Below are positions 9,768 to 19,206 of a stretch of 64,000 bases of DNA, piece after piece; position 1 is the stretch's first letter; each line of letters begins with the position of its first letter. Source of the stretch: Phycisphaerales bacterium. GTDB lineage: Bacteria > Planctomycetota > Phycisphaerae > Phycisphaerales > UBA1924. The notes beneath the pieces were generated by a model, which was not told the DNA's origin, made no database searches, and saw only the letters and a list, made by a program, of their open reading frames with translations. The stretch is from positions 2,240,001 through 2,304,000 of the forward strand of contig OZ245777.1 in assembly GCA_965227775.1 (NCBI GenBank), read 5' to 3'. The position numbers and the translations under genes were made by a program.

Positions 9768-10738
9768 AGATCGCAATCGCTCAGATCGCTCCCGTCCTGC
9801 TCGACCGCAATGCCACCACCGAGCGCGCCGTTGCGGCGATCGGCCAGGCGGGCCACGCCGGAGCCTCGCTCGTTGCGTTCGGCGAGACGTTCCTTCCCGC
9901 CTATCCCCTCTGGCTGGCGCGGCAGGATGCGTCGCGATTCGATGCCAGCGACGTGAAGGACGTGCACGCCGCGTACCTCGACCAGGCGGTGCAGATTGGC
10001 ACGGGCCACCTCCGGCCGATCCAGGAAGCGGCCAAGCGGGCGGGCATCACCGTCGCCATCGGCATTGCCGAGCGGGCCGAGGACCGCGGCGGGCACACGA
10101 TCTACTGCAGTGCAGTGGTGGTCGACGACGCCGGCGAGATTCGCAGCGTGCACCGGAAGCTCGTGCCGACGTACGAGGAACGGCTGGCCTGGGGTGCCGG
10201 CGACGGCCACGGCCTGCGTGCCCACCGCGTCGGCCCGTTCACGATGGGCGTTTTGAACTGCTGGGAGAATTGGATGCCGCTGGCCCGCTCGGCCCTGCAC
10301 GCCCAGGGTGTCGACCTGCACCTTGCTCTGTGGCCCGGCTGCGAGCGACTGACCAAGGACATCACCAGGTTCATCGCCCGCGAGGCCCGCAGCTACGTCG
10401 TGTCGGCCAGCGCCATCATCAGGCCGTCGGACGTGCCTGATAGCGTGCCGCATCGGGCGACGTGGATCGATCACGGTATCTCGCAAGGCTGCTTCTACGA
10501 CGGCGGTTCGTGCGTCGCGGGGCCTGATGGCGAGTGGGTCTTGCCGCCCGTCGTTGGCAAAGAGGATCTGCTCGTTGTCGGCATCGAGCCGTCGCGTGTT
10601 CTCGAGGAGCGGCAGAACTTCGATCCCTCCGGCCACTACGCAAGGCCCGACGTGCTCCGGCTGAGTGTCGATCGAACACGCCAGGGCGTTGCGTTCGTGG
10701 ACGACCTCGATGCGGATGGATCGGCAGATCGGCCGTAG
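9764..10738 (+). CDS. Nitrilase / carbon-nitrogen hydrolase
   Basis: Catalytic E-K-C triad: FGETFLPAYP, HRKLVPT, LNCWENWMP; C-terminal DPSGHYARPD. Confidence 0.92.
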   Translation: MKIAIAQIAPVLLDRNATTERAVAAIGQAGHAGASLVAFGETFLPAYPLWLARQDASRFDASDVKDVHAAYLDQAVQIGTGHLRPIQEAAKRAGITVAIGIAERAEDRGGHTIYCSAVVVDDAGEIRSVHRKLVPTYEERLAWGAGDGHGLRAHRVGPFTMGVLNCWENWMPLARSALHAQGVDLHLALWPGCERLTKDITRFIAREARSYVVSASAIIRPSDVPDSVPHRATWIDHGISQGCFYDGGSCVAGPDGEWVLPPVVGKEDLLVVGIEPSRVLEERQNFDPSGHYARPDVLRLSVDRTRQGVAFVDDLDADGSADRP

Positions 10739-10750
10739 ACTCGCTCCGCC

Positions 10751-12235
10751 GTGCCCAAGCCGCTGCTCTCCATTGTGACCCCGTCGCTCAATCAGGGACA
10801 GTTCCTTGGCGAGTGCCTTGAGTCGGTCGCTCGCGAGATGGCCGCGCCGGAAGCCGAGCGGCTCGGCGTCGAGCACATCGTTATGGACGGCGGAAGCACC
10901 GACGGCACGGTGGCACTGCTCGAGCAAGCCGGCCATGTTGCCTACTGGCAGAGCAAGCCCGATGGCGGGCAGAGCGCCGCGATCAACCGGGGTTTGCTGG
11001 ATCATGCAACGGGCCGATACGCGACGTGGCTCAACGCCGACGATTGGTTCGAATCGGGCGCCTTGGGGCCGATGCTCGAGCGGCTGTCGAGCAGTGATCC
11101 GCTGGGCGTGCTCGTCGGCCGTTGCCGATTTGTTCGAGATGGCCAGACGATATTTGCGCCAAAGCCCCCGGAGCCGATCGATGCGACAAACCTGCTTCGC
11201 CTGAGGACCAAGTGGTTTGCGGGCGAACTCATCGTGCAGCCTGAGGCATTCTTCGATCGCCAGCTCTTCGCGCGCATCGGCGGGCTCAACGAGTCGAACC
11301 ACTTCACGATGGACCACGAGATGTGGCTGGGGCTGCTCGAAGCGGGCGCGAGCTTCGAGTCGATCGACCATCCGGTGGCATGCATGCGCGTGCACGCGGG
11401 CCAGAAGACCGCCGACAACCGGCGAATCGTCGCGTCACTCGTCAAGTTTGGCAGGCCCTTCCTTGACCGGTTGCCTCCCGAGTTGGCCAAGGCACCCCGG
11501 CGGGAGTTCGAGGCCCTGGAGCGAAAGCTGCGGCTAAGTGAGCCGGTGCTGCGTCGTCTGGCCCTGCCGTGGTCAGGCGTGGAGCCCACGAGTGATTTGG
11601 TCGCCGGGGATCCAGCTCCGCCAGACTTTCACGTCGCGCCGCTTCGGGCGGTGCTCGCCGATGTTCCGCGAGCACGTGGATTGCTCCGCCGGCCATATCG
11701 CACTCGCGTCGTTGGAGAGGTTCCGAGCGACGGGTTGCCGCTCTCGATCTCGCTTTCAGATGCCAAAGGGGTCGATGCGGTCCTCTTCTGGCATGGCCTG
11801 AGCTCGGCGGCCAATCCCGATGTACAGCTGCGCGAAGCAACCAGCTTGTTGCGGCCGGGTGGGCTCGTGGTAGCCGCGGCCGAACTGGGTCCTTGCGACG
11901 CTGGCTTGCGAACGTATTGCGGGGGCCTGGCGAGCCTGATCGACCAGCAACTCAGCCAGGATCACGATTGGCTCATCGGCCCAGGGGTCATGCCGTGGGT
12001 CGAGTCGATGGCCGAGTCTACCGGTCAGGACGACGCGGCTTGGCTGGGTTCTCATCCACACCCAGGCGGCTTCGACGTCGAGGCCTGCATACAGCGGGCT
12101 GGGTTCGAACGCATCGCGTCTATGGCGTACGGCGGGCTCTCGTGGCACCCGCTCACGCCCTTTGTGGCGGTGGAGGGGGTCGCGGGCCGCGACTCCAACG
12201 CGTGGTATTGCGGTGTGTGGAGCAAGCCGGGCTGA
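10751..12235 (+). CDS. GT2 family glycosyltransferase with C-terminal methyltransferase-like domain
   Basis: SIVTPSLNQ, DGGSTDGT, WLNADD, MDHEMW; C-terminal LLRPGGLVV..RAGFE. Confidence 0.85.
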   Translation: MPKPLLSIVTPSLNQGQFLGECLESVAREMAAPEAERLGVEHIVMDGGSTDGTVALLEQAGHVAYWQSKPDGGQSAAINRGLLDHATGRYATWLNADDWFESGALGPMLERLSSSDPLGVLVGRCRFVRDGQTIFAPKPPEPIDATNLLRLRTKWFAGELIVQPEAFFDRQLFARIGGLNESNHFTMDHEMWLGLLEAGASFESIDHPVACMRVHAGQKTADNRRIVASLVKFGRPFLDRLPPELAKAPRREFEALERKLRLSEPVLRRLALPWSGVEPTSDLVAGDPAPPDFHVAPLRAVLADVPRARGLLRRPYRTRVVGEVPSDGLPLSISLSDAKGVDAVLFWHGLSSAANPDVQLREATSLLRPGGLVVAAAELGPCDAGLRTYCGGLASLIDQQLSQDHDWLIGPGVMPWVESMAESTGQDDAAWLGSHPHPGGFDVEACIQRAGFERIASMAYGGLSWHPLTPFVAVEGVAGRDSNAWYCGVWSKPG

Positions 12236-12247
12236 CCGCCGGGCTGG

Positions 12248-13354
12248 CTACTGGCTTAGTGCCCGGATGAGCTGGACACGCTCCTGCATCAGCCGCGTCT
12301 GCTCTTGTTGGAGCGGGGCGAGCTGCTGGCGGAGCTCGGTGATCCGCGTCTGCAGCTTCTCGGCGTGGGCTCGGCCATCGACCGTGTCTGCCGTCATCCG
12401 TACCTCGACGGTGAGCTGACGCACGGTTTCCTCGATGTCGATCGAGCGGCGGACGACCCTGGCCAACTCGCCGTTCACGCGGGAGAGCTCGGCTCGCACG
12501 GCAGCCTGGTTGTTGCTGCCATCGTTGAACTGCGCGATGACTCCGGCGTCTCGGGCGGCCGATGTTCCGGGTTCTCCGCCGAGCGACACGTCGGCCGTCG
12601 ACACCCTGATGCGGGTCATGTTCGCCGAGGGTGGGGCGACCGTGACCGAGCGAGCCTGATCGATACCGAGCGCCACGCGGTCTTCGGTGCCGCGGAGACG
12701 GTTCATTCGGAGCGTCCACGCCCTGCGAAGCACGGGCTCGTTGAGTCGCCGCGCCGCGTTGAGATCATCGCGCCGCCCCAGACGGACGCTGACTTCCATC
12801 GGCTCTCCGTTCCGCAGCAGCGCGATGACGCACTCCTCGCCGGGCAGGTGCGAGGCGATCGCCACCGGCAGGTCCATCGACTGTGCTTCGATTGGCGTGC
12901 CCGACAGGCTGAGCACGATATCGCCGCCACGAAGCGTGCCATGGGCGTCGAAGCCCTCGACGGTGTCGCCGAGCCTTACGCCGCGGGACGTCGGAGCCGT
13001 GTCGTAGGTGATGCCGAGTCCTGCGCGAGGCGCGGAAAAGAATGCTTCTTCGGCCGCCAGTTCGAAGCGGGCCAGCACCTCGGCACGATCGCCGTCGTCG
13101 TGCGACTCGCTCTGGAGCCAGTCTTCGAGCGCCTGCTCAAGCACCGTGAGCGCTCGGGCGGGCTCCATCGATCGCGTGAGGTCGAGCAATGCCCCATGCG
13201 CCGCGATGCGGTCGCCCCACGCCTCGCTCGCGAGCGCTGCAACGGCCTTGCGAGCCGCGTCGGCTTCTGGGGTCGAAGGCTGGTGGGCGTGAGCGCCGAA
13301 TGCAACGCTCAGGCTGCACACGACTGCGGCAACATATCCACGAGGGTGCTGCAT
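12248..13354 (-). CDS. Secreted PDZ-domain protein with C-terminal coiled coil
   Basis: Signal peptide; AGLGITY..LRGGDIVLSLSG..LLRNGEPMEVSVRLG; heptad-rich C-terminus. Confidence 0.75.
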   Translation of the reverse strand: MQHPRGYVAAVVCSLSVAFGAHAHQPSTPEADAARKAVAALASEAWGDRIAAHGALLDLTRSMEPARALTVLEQALEDWLQSESHDDGDRAEVLARFELAAEEAFFSAPRAGLGITYDTAPTSRGVRLGDTVEGFDAHGTLRGGDIVLSLSGTPIEAQSMDLPVAIASHLPGEECVIALLRNGEPMEVSVRLGRRDDLNAARRLNEPVLRRAWTLRMNRLRGTEDRVALGIDQARSVTVAPPSANMTRIRVSTADVSLGGEPGTSAARDAGVIAQFNDGSNNQAAVRAELSRVNGELARVVRRSIDIEETVRQLTVEVRMTADTVDGRAHAEKLQTRITELRQQLAPLQQEQTRLMQERVQLIRALSQ

Positions 13355-13375
13355 AGCAGTGGATAGTACGGCCGG

Positions 13376-14494
13376 TTAGGGCCGCGCGTGCAGCATCACG
13401 TCGCGGGGGTTATCGGCGAGCCACTGGGCCTTTCGTGCCACCATGCGAAGGAACGGGGCCGGGTCGCGCCCGTGGAACGCGCCAGACGTGGCGATCGGCA
13501 CCGCCGCCTCGGCGATCAGCGCCTCGGCCATGAGCCATGGCAGGCCTTCGAGAGACTGCTGTGACACGCCCGGCACTCCGATCATCGCCCGCCCGCCGTG
13601 AACGCCGCCCAGGAACGCCTTCAGCCGGTCGGCGTCGGGCGGCGTGGGCCACTGTCGGAAGTCTGCTCCGGTCCCCTGCAAGGAGAACTGGAGCCCGCCG
13701 TTCGCGATGTCGAGCATCGCTGGAGCCATTCCCGCCGCTTCATGGTCGAGCACCGCCGCGATGGCGTTCTGGTCGAACAGCAGGTTTCCCGGATGCCAGT
13801 CGCCGTGCACGATCTGCAGGCGTTCGTTCGCCAACGCATCTCGGGCGCGAGCGGCGGAACGCTCGTAGAGCGAGCCGAGCCGAGCGGCGAGTTCGTCCCC
13901 GCCGCGTGCATCGAGGGCTTGCGGAAGCCGCGCGAGCGCTCGGCGGATGCGAGCATCGTCGTGGTACACACCCGTGAGCGGCTCACCGATCGAGCGACCC
14001 ATCGCTCCAAGGTGGTCGTGCGCATTGGCCAGCAGCGCGTGGTAGCGGCCGAGCGCCTCGCCTGCCAGCCGGGTCTGCAATGCCGAGCGGTCGCACTTGC
14101 TTCCGCGCACGAAGCCGCACACCTCGTACGCTCGGCCCTCGAGCCGCAACACGCTCGCGCCGCCACGCGTTGGAAGCAAAGGTGCGAGCGGGAAGCCGTG
14201 CGCCGCAAGCCGGCGATGGATCGAGTGGATGACGTGCACGAACTCCGGGCCGTCTCGCCCGGGTGCCAGCCGCTTGAGGACAACGGGCCCCGAGAGCGAC
14301 CCACGCAGCACGATCTTGGGCGCGAGCGGTGACCCTGCAACCAACGGCGCGGCCTTCAGGATCTGCCCGATGGGAAAGTGTACACGGACGTGGTGCACCT
14401 CGCCGACCGCAAATCCTGCCTGGGCCTCGGCCGAAGCAAGGACCTCGGGGTCTACCGGCGTCGCCTGGCTCTGCCTTGGTGCATCCGGGCCCAC
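13376..14494 (-). CDS. Aminoglycoside/homoserine kinase type II-like phosphotransferase
   Basis: VVLKR, HGDWHPGNLLF, LDHE motifs; GTG start inferred just after yicC. Confidence 0.8.
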   Translation of the reverse strand: MGPDAPRQSQATPVDPEVLASAEAQAGFAVGEVHHVRVHFPIGQILKAAPLVAGSPLAPKIVLRGSLSGPVVLKRLAPGRDGPEFVHVIHSIHRRLAAHGFPLAPLLPTRGGASVLRLEGRAYEVCGFVRGSKCDRSALQTRLAGEALGRYHALLANAHDHLGAMGRSIGEPLTGVYHDDARIRRALARLPQALDARGGDELAARLGSLYERSAARARDALANERLQIVHGDWHPGNLLFDQNAIAAVLDHEAAGMAPAMLDIANGGLQFSLQGTGADFRQWPTPPDADRLKAFLGGVHGGRAMIGVPGVSQQSLEGLPWLMAEALIAEAAVPIATSGAFHGRDPAPFLRMVARKAQWLADNPRDVMLHARP

Positions 14495-14498
14495 GGCG

Positions 14499-15377
14499 CT
14501 ACTCGACGTTCTGGACCTGTTCTTTGATCCGGTCGATTGCCGCCTTGGCATCGATTGCCGCCCGCGACAGATCGGCATCGGGGCTCTTGCTGGCGATCGT
14601 GTTCGCCTCGCGAAGCATCTCTTGCGCGATGAAGTCGAGCTTTCGGCCAACAGGGCCTTCTTCCTCGATGGCCGCCAGGAACTGCTCGACGTGCCCGCTC
14701 AATCGTGAGATCTCTTCGTTCACGTCGCACCGCTCGGCGTACGCGGCGACCTCGCGGACGATGTCCACCGGGTCGGACTCGGGCAGGAGTTGCTCGATAC
14801 GTGCCTTGAGGCGGGTCTCGTAGAGCTTGCTGACCTCGGGAGCGCGGTCCTTCACGACTGTGAGGCTGGCGGAGACAACACCACAGAGCTCGACGAGCTC
14901 GGCGTGGAGTGCCTGCCCTTCCTTCACGCGCATCTCGATGAGTTTCTCGCAGGCGTTCGGCAGGAGCTCTTGGAAGGCGGTGTGCGCCGCGGCGAGTCGG
15001 GCGTCCATAGGCTCGGCTCGAAGCACGCCCGGCAGCGAGAGCAAGGTTGCCAGATCAACGGTGGGTGTCGCGCGGTCCGCAGGGATCTGCTCTGACGCCT
15101 GATGGACTGCTGAGAGGTACGCCGCAAGCACCCCGTCGTTGATGGCCCCACCCTGGCCGATGGCTGTGCCCTCGGCGGAGCACCGCACGGTTACGCTGCC
15201 TCGTTGCAGCAGCCCGCGAAGGGTCTCTTCCAGAGAGCCTTCAAGGGGGGCGAACTCATCCGGCAAGCGAACCTGCGCCTTGAGGTACCGATGGTTTACA
15301 GAGCGAACCTCGAGGCTATAGGTCACCCCGCCGCGCTCGAGCCGCGCGTCGCCGAAGCCGGTCATGCTGCGAATCAC
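14499..15377 (-). CDS. yicC: YicC/YloC family endoribonuclease
   Basis: IRSMTGFG, RSVNHRYL, GRKLDFIAQEMLREANTIASK, EQVQNVE. Confidence 0.93.
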   Translation of the reverse strand: MIRSMTGFGDARLERGGVTYSLEVRSVNHRYLKAQVRLPDEFAPLEGSLEETLRGLLQRGSVTVRCSAEGTAIGQGGAINDGVLAAYLSAVHQASEQIPADRATPTVDLATLLSLPGVLRAEPMDARLAAAHTAFQELLPNACEKLIEMRVKEGQALHAELVELCGVVSASLTVVKDRAPEVSKLYETRLKARIEQLLPESDPVDIVREVAAYAERCDVNEEISRLSGHVEQFLAAIEEEGPVGRKLDFIAQEMLREANTIASKSPDADLSRAAIDAKAAIDRIKEQVQNVE

Positions 15378-15405
15378 GCGTGCCCCCACGCGCGCTCGGG
15401 ACGGC

Positions 15406-15906
15406 TCACGACCCGGGCTCCGGATCGCCCGCCGCGGGAGTCTCGGGATCTGCGGCTGCTGGCTCCGGATCGCTCGAAGGCTCTTCCGGCTCGTCGGTGG
15501 GGTCCCCGGGCTGAGTTTCGTCACCGGTAGCGGGCGACTCGGCAGGATCACCCAGACCCGGGGCGACAGGGTCGGCTTCGGCTTCGGCTGGTGCCTGCTC
15601 GCCTTCTGGAGCGGCGACGGGCGTGCCGGTGGGCGTACTTGACGGGCGGCTGGTGTAGACCAAGACGATGGCCGTCAGGATGAACAAGATGAAGGTGCCG
15701 ATGGTCATCAGCGTCAGTGCGTCGCCGGTCTTCGCGCCGAAGGCCGTCTGGCCCGACCCGCCGCTCGAGGCGCCGAACGCCCCGCTCAGCCCGCCGCCCG
15801 AAGGCCGCTGGATCAGGACGATCAGGATCATGATGACCGCCACGGCGATGAACACCAGCATGAGCAGGTTGGACAGCACCGGGTTCAACGCGAGCAGCAG
15901 GGGCAT
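15406..15906 (-). CDS. secG: Preprotein translocase subunit SecG with acidic Pro-rich tail
   Basis: Two TMs flanking LIQRPSGGGLSGAFG; GGAGG SD. Confidence 0.9.
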   Translation of the reverse strand: MPLLLALNPVLSNLLMLVFIAVAVIMILIVLIQRPSGGGLSGAFGASSGGSGQTAFGAKTGDALTLMTIGTFILFILTAIVLVYTSRPSSTPTGTPVAAPEGEQAPAEAEADPVAPGLGDPAESPATGDETQPGDPTDEPEEPSSDPEPAAADPETPAAGDPEPGS

Positions 15907-16003
15907 TCAGACCTCCGAGGGACAACCCCCGCCGATGACGGTCCGCGGGGAGCCCTGACTGTAGGGGCCCATCGTGGGTGTAGGTGAGGCTTCGCGGCCG
16001 CGA

Positions 16004-17383
16004 TCAGGCCTGTTGAGGCTCGTCTGCCTGCCGGACACTGGGGCGGCCCACGCTGTGGTGGCTGAAGCCCAACTCGGCCATCTGATCTCGCTTGTACAGG
16101 TTGCGACCGTCGAAGATGACCTTCTCGGCTAGGTGGCGACCCATGCGGGCGAAGTCCGGGGCCTTGAACTCGTCCCAGTCGGTCGAGATCACCACCCCGT
16201 CGCAACCCTCGAGGCAATCGTACATGTCGCTGACGATCTCTACGGGCACGCCCATCTCGTCGAGGGACTGCTTGCCGGTCTTGTCGGCCACCGAGTCGTA
16301 CGCGCGGATGGTCGCGCCGTGCTCATGGGCAAGTTGCATCAGCGTTAGGGCCGGCGCCTCGCGTACATCGTCGGTATTCGGCTTGAAGGCAATGCCCCAG
16401 AAGGCCAGCGTCTTGCCCGCCAGAGAGCCGCCATAGTGGGCGAGGATCTTCTCGAAGAACAACCTGCGCTGCCGCTGGTTCACGTCGTGGACGGCCTGGG
16501 AAAGCTGGGTCTCGAAGCCGACTTGGTCGCCCATGCCGATGACTGCCAGCGTGTCCTTGGGGAAGCAGCTCCCGCCGTAGCCCAGGCCCGGATAGAGGAA
16601 CCTGTTGCCGATACGACTGTCGCTGCACATGCCCTCACGCACGCGGTTGATGTTGGCTCCAAACTGCTCGCAGAGCATCGCCATCTCGTTGATGAAGCTG
16701 ATCTTGGTGGCAAGGAAGTTGTTGCTGGCGTACTTGACCATCTCTGCGGACGGGATGTCCATGATGAAGATCGGGTGCCCATTGCGGGTGAAAGGCTCGT
16801 AGACGTCGCGGAAGCGCCGAGCTGTGAGGTCTTCGGGGTCGTCGGGATTCTCAACGCCGCAGACCACGCGGTCGGGCTTGTTGAAGTCGATGATCGCGTC
16901 GCCTTCCTTCAGAAATTCGGGGTTGTCGCCCACCGTGAAGGGCAGGTCGCCCACGGTCTGGCGTATGCGATCGCGGACGGCCAGGGTGGTGCCAACCGGA
17001 ACCGTGCTCTTGACGACGATGGTCTTGGGGGTCTGGCCCGGCCCAAGCCGCTTGATGACGGCAGCGATGTCGTCGGCGGCCTGCATGACGTACTTCAGGT
17101 TGGCCTTGCCGTCGGCCCCGCTGGGGGTGCCCACGCAGATGAAGATCATCTCCGCGTCCTCGTACGCCTGGTCCTTGTCGAGGGTGGCTACGAGGCGGCC
17201 CGCCTTCAGGTTGCGCTTCATGAGGTCGGTCAGGCCCGGCTCGTAGATGGGGCACTCGCCGCGGTTGATCTGGTCCACCTTGCTCTGCACGACGTCCAGG
17301 CAGACCACGTCGTTTCCGGTGTTTGCGAAGCACACCCCGGTCACCAGCCCAACATACCCCGTGCCCACCATCGTCAGCTTCAT
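16004..17383 (-). CDS. ugd: UDP-glucose 6-dehydrogenase
   Basis: GTGYVG, KSTVPVG, NPEFLKEG, GYGGSCFPKD, FKPNTDDVRE, DGRN. Confidence 0.96.
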   Translation of the reverse strand: MKLTMVGTGYVGLVTGVCFANTGNDVVCLDVVQSKVDQINRGECPIYEPGLTDLMKRNLKAGRLVATLDKDQAYEDAEMIFICVGTPSGADGKANLKYVMQAADDIAAVIKRLGPGQTPKTIVVKSTVPVGTTLAVRDRIRQTVGDLPFTVGDNPEFLKEGDAIIDFNKPDRVVCGVENPDDPEDLTARRFRDVYEPFTRNGHPIFIMDIPSAEMVKYASNNFLATKISFINEMAMLCEQFGANINRVREGMCSDSRIGNRFLYPGLGYGGSCFPKDTLAVIGMGDQVGFETQLSQAVHDVNQRQRRLFFEKILAHYGGSLAGKTLAFWGIAFKPNTDDVREAPALTLMQLAHEHGATIRAYDSVADKTGKQSLDEMGVPVEIVSDMYDCLEGCDGVVISTDWDEFKAPDFARMGRHLAEKVIFDGRNLYKRDQMAELGFSHHSVGRPSVRQADEPQQA

Positions 17384-17532
17384 GCGACTCTCCCTGGACG
17401 GCCGCGACTGCTGGCCAATCTGAACCCATTAATCGGCGGCCGACGGCGTGGCCGCGAAATCCCTTGCAGACTCTAGGCGTTGGCCATTTCAGCGATGCCC
17501 ACCTACACGGAGTTGGGCCGCTACAGTCGGCG

Positions 17533-18420
17533 ATGGCCGATAAATCCTCGCCCAAGTCTGGTACGAAGTCTTCCCGCACGCCCAAGCGCACGGCGCGACG
17601 TCGTCCTGGGCGTCAGCCAAAGCTGACCGCTGCGACCGCCGACCGCCACCAGCTCTACACCGATGCCGTCCAGAATGTCGAGAGCGAGATCGACTTCGTC
17701 GACGAGACATACCAGTCGCTCCGTAAGCGCGAGGCGGTGCGCCTCCGCGAGGACTTCTGCGGCACGGCGCAGACGAGTGCTGAGTGGGTCCGCCGGCGGT
17801 CGACGAACATTGCGGTTGGCCTCGACCTCGACGAGCCAACGCTGCAGTGGGGGCGCGACAACGTTCTCTGCAAGCTTACCGACGAGCAGCGGGAGCGCCT
17901 GACGCTCAGGAAGCGTGACGTGCGCGACCCTGGTAAGCGTGGTCGCGACATGGACATCATCCTCGCGATGAACTTCAGCTACAACGCCCTCATGCAGCGT
18001 GCAGACTTGCTCGCCTACCTCAAGGCGGCGTGCAGGAGCCTGGCCCCGGGCGGGCTCTTCATCATGGATTGCTACGGCGGCTACGAGAGCCTGATGGAGC
18101 AAGAAGAGCGCCGGGCGTGTCGCGGCTTCACGTACGTGTGGGAGCAGGTCAAGTACAACCCCATCGACGCGACGCTCGATACGGCCATCCACTTCGAGTT
18201 CAAGGACGGCACGGAGATGCGCAACGCTTTCACGTACCACTGGCGCTTGTGGACGCTGTCGGAACTCCGCGACATCCTGGCCGAGGCGGGCTTTGCCAGG
18301 ACCACGGTGTATTGGGAAGGTGACGACGGCAAGGGCGGCGGCGATGGCAACTTCAAGCCCGCTACTGAGGGCGACGCCGACGCGTCATGGATCGCGTACA
18401 TCGTCAGCGAGGGCGACTGA
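17533..18420 (+). CDS. Class I SAM-dependent methyltransferase
   Basis: EDFCGTA motif I, GLDLD, LAPGGLFIMD; basic N-terminal tail. Confidence 0.85.
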   Translation: MADKSSPKSGTKSSRTPKRTARRRPGRQPKLTAATADRHQLYTDAVQNVESEIDFVDETYQSLRKREAVRLREDFCGTAQTSAEWVRRRSTNIAVGLDLDEPTLQWGRDNVLCKLTDEQRERLTLRKRDVRDPGKRGRDMDIILAMNFSYNALMQRADLLAYLKAACRSLAPGGLFIMDCYGGYESLMEQEERRACRGFTYVWEQVKYNPIDATLDTAIHFEFKDGTEMRNAFTYHWRLWTLSELRDILAEAGFARTTVYWEGDDGKGGGDGNFKPATEGDADASWIAYIVSEGD

Positions 18421-18428
18421 ATTCCCGC

Positions 18429-19145
18429 TTAGCAGCCCGCCGCAAACTCATTCTGGAACGCCAAAAAATCGAAGATCGTGAGTGCCCCGTCGCCGTCGAA
18501 GTCGGCGGCCAGGTCGCCCGCGTCGAACGCGTTCTGGAACGCCAAAAAGTCAAAGATCGTGAGCGAGCCATCTCCGTCGAAGTCGGCCCGGCATGGCTGC
18601 CCTACGCCGACGTAGAGATCGTCCAGCCCCCATCCCATCGGGTTGTCGACGGTAATCGTGACACGGGCGATGTCGGTGTCGGTGACGACGCCGAAGAAGT
18701 CCAGCGTTTCGAAGTCCTCATCGGAATCGACCGACTCGATCTCTGTGCCGGAAGCATCAAATGCCCGCAGCGTGGCACCATTTGGGAACGAGCCGAAGCG
18801 GACGTTGTGCGCGCCCACGGCTCGTATTCCAGCCTGCGTCACGTTGACTTCGAACACGATGTCCTGCCCGACCCTCGTGTCGCTGTCCCACGTCCTGGGC
18901 GGTGAGATGGTGACCAGGATGGTGTCCGTAATGAAGTTCCCAGGTGGGAACTCGAGCCCATACTCGTTGTAGATCGAGCCAAGCTCCCCGACGACGGTGG
19001 GTGATCCGTCCGGCAACGTATCGAAGTTCACTAGTTGAATGTCGCCGCCCGCTGCGAGGAACGAAGGCAGATCGTTGAACGGCGTGGCGAACGCCAACGA
19101 AGAACCCGACGCGAACAGCGAAGCCGCTGCGATTGACCTCAGCAT
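18429..19145 (-). CDS. Secreted protein with C-terminal GC-type dockerin-like module
   Basis: Signal peptide MLRSIAAASLFASGSSLAFA; ends CRADFDGDG..DFLAFQN x2..AGC; start may be 19160. Confidence 0.88.
   Translation of the reverse strand: MLRSIAAASLFASGSSLAFATPFNDLPSFLAAGGDIQLVNFDTLPDGSPTVVGELGSIYNEYGLEFPPGNFITDTILVTISPPRTWDSDTRVGQDIVFEVNVTQAGIRAVGAHNVRFGSFPNGATLRAFDASGTEIESVDSDEDFETLDFFGVVTDTDIARVTITVDNPMGWGLDDLYVGVGQPCRADFDGDGSLTIFDFLAFQNAFDAGDLAADFDGDGALTIFDFLAFQNEFAAGC
18432..18593 (-). repeat. 54-aa dockerin-like module, copy 1 (internal 27-aa tandem repeat)
   Basis: CRADFDGDGSLTIFDFLAFQNAFDAGDLAADFDGDGALTIFDFLAFQNEFAAGC. Confidence 0.95.
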
Positions 19146-19206
19146 GTCGAACCCCCTCATCGCGTCGGTCGTGCGTCACCCACGTGGGCCGCGCGCCGGC
19201 GAAGTC

